The notes beneath the pieces are model-generated. The model ran no database searches and was not told the DNA's origin. It saw only the letters and a program-made list of their open reading frames with translations. The translations under genes and the position numbers were made by a program. A stretch of 8,932 bases of DNA. Origin: Octopus sinensis. Lineage: Eukaryota. Location of the stretch: NCBI RefSeq assembly GCF_006345805.1, contig NW_021828270.1:1-8932 (forward strand). Reading direction: 5' to 3'. This document shows, piece by piece, positions 1 through 8,457 of this stretch (position 1 is the first letter of the stretch; every line of letters starts with the position of its first letter).

Positions 1-190
1 TATATATATATATATATATATATATACGACAGGCTTCTTTCAGTTTCCGTCTACCAAATCCACTCACAAGGCATTGGTCGGCCCGGGGCTATAGCAGAAG
101 ACACTTGCCCAAGATGCCACTCAGTGGGACTGAACCCGGAACCATGTTGTTGGTTAGCAAGCTACTTACCACACAGCCACTCCTGCGCCT
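1..190 (-). mobile_element. tRNA-derived SINE, family A copy 1 (head plus CORE-like segment, running into a (TA)n tract at the window edge)
   Basis: Minus strand reads AGGCGCAGGAG-TGGCTGTGTGG (A box, 169-179)...GGTTCAGTCCC (B box, 126-136)...CTTGGGCAAGTGTCTT (resembles the CORE-SINE motif CTTGGGCAAGTC, from memory). Colinear and highly similar to 5411-5578. (TA)13 at 1-26. Confidence 0.85.
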
Positions 191-237
191 ATTCAAGCGT
201 CCCCCGCTTTCCTTTTCGCGTTCAGTAAGTTAAAAAT

Positions 238-320
238 ACAGACGGGATGGTCATGGAGCGGACGCCTCTGGTCATAGGTCCTATCCCATCATGACAAACC
301 TGGATTAAACAACAGCAACA
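238..320 (-). repeat. Unclassified interspersed repeat XY, block X only (orientation given relative to the copies at 805-1468)
   Basis: Reverse complement TGTTGCTGTTGTTTAATCCAGG...GACCTATGACCAGAGGCGTCCGCTCCATGACCATCCCGTC aligns by eye with 1117-1188, 1359-1402, 7381-7450 and 8458-8525. Confidence 0.65.
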
Positions 321-324
321 TCAC

Positions 325-600
325 AAAACCCCCTCCCCCCCCCATTCATACTGTACTACATCTTACTGCCGCCACCATCATCACCTCCACCTCCACCACC
401 AACTGCATCATTATCATCGCTGCTGGTTGTCCCTACTACCACCACAACCACCACCACCACTACCACCACCACCATCACCACCGCTGCCGCCTCTACTACC
501 ACGTTGCCATTATTACACTGCAACACCCACCTCCAACCGCAACTATACACACAGCCTCCGCCCACCTATCCCAACCAACCTTCTTCAATCAGCCCCACCC
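325..600. repeat. Imperfect (CCA)/(CAT)/(CTA) trinucleotide tract, C-rich on the + strand
   Basis: Visible runs of ACC/CCA/ATC triplets. Confidence 0.85.
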
Positions 601-676
601 CCTTTTTACACATCTACAGCTGTCAGCTAAACAATCTTTAAGACTGGCCCCCAAATACTAGCGACTACTGACTGCT

Positions 677-677
<1 letters not shown>

Positions 678-721
<44 letters not shown>

Positions 722-768
722 AGTAGTGGTGGTGGTGGTGGTGGTAGTAGTAGTAGTAGCGGTGGCGG
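678..768. repeat. Compound microsatellite (AGT)~14, then (GGT)n/(AGT)n
   Basis: Seen directly. Confidence 0.95.
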
Positions 769-804
769 TTTGGGGGCAGGTAATTGGGGCTCGTGGTAGT
801 CCTC

Positions 805-917
805 TAGCCCTAGACCTGTCCTGTGTGAGAAGCCTTAAAGACCTAAATGCTAAAAAAGGCGTTCCAACCATGAACAACCCCGCTTTTTACAAAAATAAAT
901 GTGTGCATGCGTGTGTG

Positions 918-961
<44 letters not shown>

Positions 962-1062
962 ACACTTTGTTGTTACATTGCGTCAAATGTGCCCTTCTTT
1001 TCCAGATTCGAAGGCCTTGGACTGCTATTTCTAGCAGATTGAATGACCACATACAAGCTTCC
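805..1062 (+). repeat. XY repeat, tandem unit 1, with an internal (TG)n microsatellite at 901-962
   Basis: Block X at 805-888 (AAAGGCGTTCCAACCATGAACAACCCCG); block Y at 1021-1062 (GCTATTTCTAGCAGATTGAATGACCACATACAAGCTTCC). Confidence 0.65.
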
Positions 1063-1116
1063 TCTTTGTTTCCTGTTGTTGTTGTTATTGGTGGTGGTGG
1101 TGGTGGTGGTGAGCGT

Positions 1117-1276
1117 GTTTATCCCAGATCAGTCCTGATCGGGAAGGCTGATTATCAAGTGTCCCAGCCTGGACCATCCAGCCTTTTCGGATATGTAAGA
1201 CACTATCCAATGTATGATTAGAGGGAGATTTGGAAGCTACTTCTAACCGATCAAACGACCACGCTGAGATTTCTCC
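1117..1276 (+). repeat. XY repeat, tandem unit 2
   Basis: Block X CCCAGATCAGTCCTGATCG...CCAGCCTGGACCATCC; block Y GAGATTTGGAAGCTACTTCTAACCGATCAAACGACCACGCTGAG. Confidence 0.65.
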
Positions 1277-1358
1277 GCTTTGGTGGTGGTAGTGTCGGTA
1301 GTGGTGGTGGTGGTGGTGGTTGGTGGTTGGTGTTGGTAGCGGTGCTCGTTATAGTATT

Positions 1359-1468
1359 AGGTCTATGATCACAGACATTCCATCCATGACTGTCGCGTCT
1401 TTAGGGTGCGATTTCAGTACGGTTTAGTTGTTATTTCTAGCACACTGAGTGACCACGTAGAGGTTCCT
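1359..1468 (+). repeat. XY repeat, tandem unit 3 (block X partial)
   Basis: AGGTCTATGATCACAGACATTCCATCCATGACTGTCGCGTC followed by TTTAGTTGTTATTTCTAGCACACTGAGTGACCACGTAGAGGTTCC. Confidence 0.65.
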
Positions 1469-1560
1469 GTGGTTGGAGATGCATTGGAAATTGCAGCGAC
1501 GGTGATAGTGAAGTTGGCGGCTGAAGGAGGAAGGAGAACGGATGAAGGTTTGTAGAAAGG

Positions 1561-1922
1561 GCGGTGGCGGCTGCGGCGGCGGCGGGGGCGGTGGTGGTGG
1601 TGGTGGTGGGGTGGTGGTGGTGGTGGTGGTGGTGATGGAGGCGGTGGTGCTGGGGGCGGCGGCGGTGGTGGTGCTGGTAGTGGAGGCAGCGGTGGTGGTG
1701 AGGTGGCGGAGGCGGTGGTAGTGGTGGTGCTGCTGCTGCTGCTGGCGGTGGAGGCGGAGGTGGAGGCAGTGGTGGAGACGGCGGCGGTGGTGCTGGTGGT
1801 GGTGGCGGTGGCGACGGTAGTGATGGTAATGGTGGCAGCGGTGGCCACAGTAGCAGCGGTGGCAGCGGTGGTAACGGTGGTATCCGTGACGCTAGTGGTG
1901 GTGCTGGTGGTGGTGGTGGTGT
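1561..1922. repeat. Long imperfect (GGT)/(GGC) trinucleotide tract (~360 bp), G-rich on the + strand
   Basis: Seen directly. It gives rise to the poly-Pro/His/Thr/Val ORFs in the track. Confidence 0.95.
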
Positions 1923-1965
1923 TTTCCCGTGGGTCTCAACCTGGCGGAAAGTGTGGGTGTCTGAG

Positions 1966-2450
<485 letters not shown>

Positions 2451-2938
2451 CAAGGAAGAAAGAGAGGGTGGAGACAGAGCTTTAGAGAAACCTAGCTGGT
2501 ATTGTTTTGTTTTACCAACAGAATTAGGAAAGGAGGGGCGAATGCAAGCGAGAGAAGGGAGGAGAAAAGAAGAGAGAGAAGAAGAGAAGAAAAGAATGGT
2601 AGTTAAAAAGAAAGAGGTAGGAAAATATGATGTAGTGACGGTGGGAGATAGGCTAGCTTATAGCAGTGAGTGGTAGAGAGCCTTGTGGCATTAGTAAGTG
2701 CTGTTTATTATAAGACCGGATCAGTGTGAAAGATACTATAAAGAAGTTTCAAGCAGGCTTGCACACAAACACGACTTTCTCTTTCGTCACTCTACTCACT
2801 TTCCACGGGAGATTAAGCCTTCCATACAACTATTGACATTCATTTCTCACTCTGATAGAAACTACACACCACGCGGAACAGAAGCGAAAGTGAAATACCT
2901 ATATGCGCAGAGAGAAATAGTTATACAAATATAGACAC

Positions 2939-2955
2939 ATCTATCTATCTGTCTG

Positions 2956-3029
<74 letters not shown>

Positions 3030-3040
3030 CATCTGTCTAT
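2939..3040. repeat. (TATC)n microsatellite with TGTC interruptions
   Basis: Seen directly; it is the reverse complement of the (GATA)n tract at 2283-2450. Confidence 0.95.
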
Positions 3041-3934
3041 GTTGAATGCATAAATATATGCCTGCATGTTACTGTGTAACTAAAGAAATTTTTTTGTCTC
3101 TGTGTAACATGAAAAGTTATGAGTAAATTAATAACTTCGAAGAAGTTGGAATATTTATCAATTTGAACAGCAAATCTTAATTCTTTAAATGACCAAAAAT
3201 ATAAAAATATACATACATTTGTGATACATATATATATATATATATATATATATCTATGTACATGTAGTGACTTACATAAAACAATATTATTTATGCAACT
3301 TTCTCTCTTCTCTCCAGATATATATACATATACATATTTAATTCATAATTAGTCAATTAAACCTTTCCAATCAAATTTTCAAATATTTATTCATTAATAT
3401 ACACATTTAATTAATTGTTTATAAACACAACTTCCAATTTACCTTTAGCATTTATCTGCTTGCACACTTCTTTGGTCTTCTCTAGTTCTGTTTATTAATT
3501 AATAGCACTTAAATTGCACACACATATATATACATATATATACATTTATATACACACACATATAACAAAATAACACTTTCATAAAGATAAAAAATTTTAT
3601 CATGGTGATTATTACAGCTGTGTGCTTATAGCAACATCAACCATATCATCTTCAACAACAACGATAAGAAGAAGAAAAAAAAAGGCCACTTAATGTTGAA
3701 GTAATATCTGGAGGATACTACAAGTGCTTGTTCACAATCTGTGTGCATACATACACACACACATATACATACATAAAGACAGCTGTTGTATATAACACTA
3801 TGTACAAACAGCAGGGTATATAGTGATGATAAATGATGTTTTGCCACACTGATAATTTTCAGTCAAGGACGTGAGATTTTAAATCTGATTTGATCTATAG
3901 ACTCAAACATTTTCACTTTGGATTTCTTACCTAG

Positions 3935-3949
3935 CTGACCAATATACAG
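3935..3949 (+). other. Candidate 15-nt microexon (host gene unknown)
   Basis: TTTTCACTTTGGATTTCTTACCTAG | CTGACCAATATACAG | GTGAGT: pyrimidine tract plus AG, a length divisible by 3, and a consensus CAG/GTGAGT donor. No transcript evidence. Confidence 0.25.
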
Positions 3950-4024
3950 GTGAGTTGATTTATTTCCCATTAAAGTACACTTTTAACTTCTTCTTCATTA
4001 TCATCATCATCATCATCATCATTA

Positions 4025-4480
4025 TGCCAGTGAGCTGGGAGAATGGTTAGCAAGCTGGGTAAAATGCTTGGTGGCAGTTTCTTATTAGTTTCTTATTTGT
4101 TTACTGCCCACAAGGGGCTACACACAGAGGGGACAAACAAGGACAGATATACGGATTAAATCAATTATATTGACCCCCGGTGCGAAACTGGTACTTATTT
4201 AATCGACCCCGAAAGGATGAAAGGCAAAGTTGACCTCACCAGAATTTGAACTCAGAACGTAAATACAGACGAAATGCCGTTAAGCATTTCGCCCGGTGTG
4301 CTAACGTTTCTGCTAACGTTTGACCATCTTTGCTTCATCATTTGGTGGCAGTTTGTCCATCTTTGTGTTCTAAGTTCAAATTCCATCAAAGTTGACTTTG
4401 CCTTTCATCCTTTCAGGGAATCAATAAAATAAAATATGTACCAGTTAAATACTGGGGTCAATGTACCAAATTTTGAAATT
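4025..4480 (+). mobile_element. tRNA-derived SINE, family B; outer copy split by a nested insertion (segments 4025-4080 and 4355-4480)
   Basis: The head TGAGCTGGGAGAATGGTTAGC...AAAATGCTTGGTGGCAGTTT resumes after 4354 with GTTCAAATTCC (B-box-like), GACTTTGCCTTTCATCCTTTC (resembles the Deu/Nin SINE domain, from memory), GTACCAGTT, CTGGGGTCAAT and CCAAATTTTGAAA. Colinear with 8614-8803. Confidence 0.8.
4081..4341 (-). mobile_element. Younger family B-type SINE nested antisense in the outer copy; 13-bp TSD; different 3' tail
   Basis: TTGGTGGCAGTTT at both 4068-4080 and 4342-4354. The reverse complement of 4169-4278 aligns with 4347-4462. CpGs are retained. Confidence 0.85.
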
Positions 4481-4557
4481 ACTATTATTATTTATTTATT
4501 TATTTAATATTTATTTATTTATTTAAATTTATTTATTATTTATTTATTTTATTTATC
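4481..4557. repeat. (ATT)/(ATTT)n tract, probable tail of the outer SINE
   Basis: Seen directly, immediately after the SINE 3' end. Confidence 0.8.
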
Positions 4558-4913
4558 AGGATCTTTATGTCAATATTCTGTCAGTCCTGTTATCCACAGA
4601 CACTACAACTTATAGATGTTTCCACAGGTTCAGTTGTTTGAATTTTTTAATAGTATATTTTTTTACGTTTGTGTGAAGAGGCACTTTAACTGAACCTTAT
4701 TAAGATAATCTCATGTTCTGTCACAAACTTAACTTTATAGAGTATAAAAAGCAAACACAACCTACACTATATTACCCATCTAACCATGTGTCTATCTCAG
4801 ATTTATTTAACTAAGAAAGCCACATGTTCTTTCAGCACAGATTACATTCCAACATGTAGTACATCATGAATGGTCAACAATTATACGATAGATTTAGAGA
4901 GCCATGTCTATAG

Positions 4914-5323
4914 CTGTAGTTCTCAACCACTTTTTGCCTATGAACCCCTTCAATCCCTATTTTACTCTACTGGATCCCCATAGACATTCAATCTATTTAA
5001 AAACAATCCTATGTTATTTTTATAATTAAATATGAGGAACTGTATAAAAAAAAAATTTATATCTTATATATAGTAGAAGTATAAAACAATTTATTGTACT
5101 CTCTTTCTCTCTCTCTTTACTCTCTCTTTACTTGTTTCAGTCAATTGACTTTGGCCATGCTGGAGCACCGCCTTTAGTCGAGCAAATCGAACCCAGGACT
5201 TATTCTTTATAAGCCTAGTACTTATTCTATCGGTCTCTTTTGCCGAACCGCTAAGTCACGGGGATGTAAATACACCAGTATCGGTTGTCAAGTGATATGG
5301 GGGGGACAAACACAGACACACAA

Positions 5324-5378
<55 letters not shown>

Positions 5379-5650
5379 CATATATATACACACACACATA
5401 TATATACATGTATACGACGGGCTTCTTTCAGTTTCTGTCTACCAAATCCACTCACAAGGCTTTGGTCGGCCTGAAACTATAGTAGAAGACACTTGCCCAA
5501 GGTACTAAGTAGTGGGACTGAACCCGGAACCATGTGGTTCGTAAACAAACAACTTACTGCACAGCCACTCCTATGCCTATACATACATTTTTACAACAAA
5601 ATCTTATATGGACCCTAATGGGCCATATGGACCCCAGTTGAGAACCACTG
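4914..5650. mobile_element. hAT (Charlie-like) non-autonomous element/MITE, ~255 bp after removing the SINE inserted at ~5099-5578
   Basis: Left TIR CTGTAGTTCTCAAC (4914-4927) versus right TIR reverse complement CAGTGGTTCTCAAC (5637-5650), 12/14. The 8-bp flanks GTCTATAG and CTCTACAG match 6/8 and both resemble the Charlie target NTCTAGAN. Subterminal TATG(G/A)ACCC motifs occur near both ends. Confidence 0.7.
5099..5578 (-). mobile_element. Family A SINE copy 2, apparently full-length and composite: tRNA head plus CORE-like part (5411-5578), internal (CA)/(TA) microsatellite (5311-5410), 3' module (5099-5310) ending in a CT/GA-rich tail
   Basis: B box at 5514-5524 and similarity to 27-190. 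The 3' module ends (minus strand) CCAGCATGGCCAAAGTCAATTGACTGAAACAAGTAAAGAGAG. Treating both parts as one element rests on recall of octopus repeats and on their joint interruption of the MITE. Confidence 0.75.
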
Positions 5651-6603
5651 CTCTACAGTGATATAATAAATTTAGTCAACCTTGTAGTTTGTCTATAACT
5701 TGGTCTATTATTAACTTAAACACATGGTGTATCACATAAGTTCCAACAACAATATTGGTTGTATCATAGTCTGTCATTTGTCACCTGCATAAAAAAGGCT
5801 TCTTTGATAAACATGTACATATATAATGATTAAACATGCATAAGACTCCCTGGTAATCTCATATACAATGGACTGCACTTATGATAACGTTGTATATCCC
5901 TTCTTTCTGCCAAGGCTGCCTTATGCACTCGACCTTTGAGACAGTCATTAACAGCTGGATACCAAATTAATCTTCAATTAGCTCTATCTCTTGGTTTCTC
6001 TGATATATTTTTGACAACAGGTTGTTATATTATAGAATACATGACCCTGTCCTAGTGTGTACAAAGTCAATAACAAGTGTACAGCATGTGTAGATTCTAT
6101 ATAGACATTTATGTGACTATTCATATCAGTATTTTTCAAAAGCTGAGATGAGGATTGAAAAAAGGTGATGCCATGTTTAATAAAATTAAACTTTTAAATT
6201 TTTATAATCAGGATGTTTTTACAATCAATGTCCTGTTGAAGAAAAAGGAACTATATGGAGACAGACTCTGGTTTGTCTTTTCGTTAATGAAGAGAAATGG
6301 GTGGCAGCAAAATATTTCTCTTATATTTGTGGCTAGAGTTGGTGCTGGTATTAGTCTGTTTGAGAACCATCAGTTGGCATCAGGTATGGGCAGCCTGAAG
6401 CCCACAGGACTTTCTGAATGGCATGCCAAATGGAAAATTACCTTCAATTCTTTTAGTATTGTGGCTCACCTGATGATGAACCGTGACTCATGTAGCCTTT
6501 ACTTGATTTACATCATTGCTATAAGACTACAGGACTCAAACTGATCAATATAGACACAACAGTAGCAAAAGCAAATGTGATCTTCTGATCATAGGCAATA
6601 CCT

Positions 6604-6778
6604 TGATTTTTAATATAAGGCCTGATATTGGAGGAGAGTGGGTTAGTCAATACCATCAACTATTTATCAAGTATTTTACTACTTGACTGGTACTAAATTT
6701 TATTGAGTCTAGAAGGATGACAGACAAAGTAAACATTGGTGAGATTTGAACTCAGGACATAAGCAGCAGGATGAAATA
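6604..6778 (-). mobile_element. Old, degraded family B SINE fragment lacking the head
   Basis: CTGGTACTAAATTTTATTGAG...GAAGGATGACAGACAAAGT...GATTTGAACTCAG aligns with 6860-6955 and 4188-4260. Confidence 0.65.
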
Positions 6779-6788
6779 ACATAGATTG

Positions 6789-7015
6789 GTTTCAAATTTT
6801 GGTATAAGACCAGCAATTTTGGGGGAGGGGCTAAGACAATTACATCGACCCCAGTACTCAACTGGTACTTATTTTATTGACACCCCCCCCCCAAAAAAAA
6901 AGGATGAAAGGCGAAGTTGACCTCAGTGGTATTTGAACTCAAGACGGATGAAATGCTGCTAATCATTTTGTCTGATGTGTTACTGACTCTGCCAACTTGC
7001 TGCTTTAGGAAGAAG
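6789..7015 (-). mobile_element. Family B SINE, near full-length, 12-bp TSD
   Basis: TAACATAGATTG at 6777-6788 and 7016-7027. The body is the reverse complement of 8614-8803, with an expanded internal C/A homopolymer run. Confidence 0.85.
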
Positions 7016-7483
7016 TAACATAGATTGACATATTCTAATATAGCGTTATCGCAATAACGATTATCATAAAACTGACCATTATCACAATAGGACCACATAC
7101 CACAACCCTGGCCTTCACAATATCATTCCCTTAACACCAGTTACAACAAAATAACTGTTCATTACAACATCACTGACAGCTGAAATAATAAACCCTAGTG
7201 TTGAAGTTACTGGCATTTATTTTTTTTGTTACTGTTGTTGTTATTGTTATAATGTACATTGCTGTGATGGTTGCTTTTTTGTTTTGTTTGTGTGATGCTA
7301 CTACAATGTGTTGGATTGATTTTGTATTGAAATGGTTAAATTATGACAATGCAAAATATTTTTATTTTTGATATTATTGTGGTTGCTTAACTTCAAGACA
7401 ACCCTGCTCAAGCAAACATATGGTCAAAAACATTCCTATCATGGTCATTTCATATTTATTTTACCATTATTTTCCCATATATA

Positions 7484-7615
7484 CTGTTGTGTCTGGGGAG
7501 AGTCATTTTCTTTTTGTGCCTTATAATGTAACACACTCACTGGTAAAATTTCCACTTTTTTCTTATTTTTTATTTTCCTAAAATTTTTGTTGCGTCTTGC
7601 AACCTTTTCAATAGT
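7484..7615. mobile_element. 132-bp segment bounded by 14-bp direct repeats; probable insertion of an unclassified repeat
   Basis: TTTTCCCATATATA at 7470-7483 and 7616-7629. The segment resembles a repeat I recall from octopus DNA (unverified). Confidence 0.5.
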
Positions 7616-7622
7616 TTTTCCC

Positions 7623-7727
7623 ATATATATATATATATTTTATATTTATATTAATATCTGTCTGTCTATCTATCTGTGTATCTTCTATCTATCCATCTAC
7701 CACTCTCTCTCCTCCCTCTCTACTTAT

Positions 7728-7776
<49 letters not shown>

Positions 7777-7790
7777 GAGTATCCTGTGTT
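7623..7790. repeat. Compound (TA)n/(TCTG)/(TATC)/(CT)n microsatellite
   Basis: Seen directly. Confidence 0.85.
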
Positions 7791-8201
7791 GTGTGCATGT
7801 ACATGTGCCTGTATAGAATGTTTTTACAGATATAGGTATGTGTGGGTGTGTAGTGAGAGATGTATATTATATATATATATAATGTATCTAAATAGGATTA
7901 TATCATCTAACATACTCTTCCCATATTTAAGGTAATGTAATGCTATTTGAGAGACATTTAGTTGCTATTTCTAGAAGACTGAACAACCATGTCAAGCCCT
8001 TCCTTCCTCATTTTGTTATTATTTGTCAAGGCACAGCATGTGGTTTTGCAAATAATCAGCGTTGTTGTTTGTGATTTTGTGGTTGAAATAACAACAACAA
8101 CAACAACACAATTACTACATCAGCAATATAGCCTTACTACCTTACTACAGTGACAAATCAAATTACAGACTCATACAGCATAAACAGTAATGAAAGTACA
8201 A

Positions 8202-8400
8202 ACCAATGAGGGACCTTCAGCAAGATCATTCAACCCCTCATATCCACACACTGTGGTCTTCAAAAATAGGTGAAAATTTTGGGTAATGTTGTCTTGGACT
8301 CCCTGCTCACGAGAAAAGACACAGAATGGTCATAGTGGAATGCCTTTGACTGTAGGTCAGCTTGATCAAGGATGACCTAGAGTTAAATGACAACCACAAT
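8202..8400 (-). repeat. XY repeat, inverted copy (block X 8318-8400, degraded block Y 8202-8240)
   Basis: Reverse complement TTTAACTCTAGGTCATCCTTGATCAAGCTGACCTACAGTCAAAGGCATTCCACTATGACCATTC matches block X. GGTTGAATGATC...CCCTCATTGG resembles block Y at 1036-1072. Confidence 0.6.
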
Positions 8401-8457
8401 TAATCGATAATATAAAGTATTATTATAAAGTTGTACAGAGAACAGCATCATGCTACT

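Larger units (their letters stand above)
7381..8003 (+). repeat. XY repeat, expanded copy: block X (7381-7450) and block Y (7945-8003) separated by an insert and microsatellites
   Basis: ACCCTGCTCAAGCAAACATATGGTCAAAAACATTCCTATCATGGTCAT matches block X. GAGACATTTAGTTGCTATTTCTAGAAGACTGAACAACCATGT matches block Y. Confidence 0.55.

Noticed and set aside
110-190. tRNA-like A/B boxes as a real tRNA gene (also at 5500-5578)
   Set aside because: I could not fold a complete cloverleaf, and the boxes continue into a repeated SINE body.
1021-1468. CRISPR-like appearance of block Y repeated at ~200-bp intervals
   Set aside because: Copies are highly divergent, spacers are long and homologous to each other, there are no cas genes, and the context is eukaryotic.
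2698-2934. 78-aa ORF (MLFIIRPDQC...)
   Set aside because: Starts at GTG, no recognisable motif, and the length is within chance. The region is kept only as a possible regulatory island.
3298-3317. Strong-looking acceptor ACTTTCTCTCTTCTCTCCAG
   Set aside because: Followed by TA-rich low-complexity sequence with stops in all three frames within ~36 nt and no nearby donor.
3626-3847. 73-aa minus-strand ORF
   Set aside because: Low-complexity, built partly from (TG)n and poly-T; no homology recognised.
5285-5482. Two overlapping ORFs with poly-HT
   Set aside because: Inside the SINE's internal (CA)/(TA) microsatellite.
6155-6544. 129-aa ORF in unique sequence, with a possible 47-nt exon (RVGAGISLFENHQLASG) ending at a CAG/GTATGG donor
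   Set aside because: TTG start, no recognisable family, and the minus-strand donor-like sites give no open exon. It cannot be supported without BLASTX or RNA-seq, though it is the best remaining place to look for an exon.
6874-7098. 74-aa minus-strand ORF
   Set aside because: Runs through a family B SINE.
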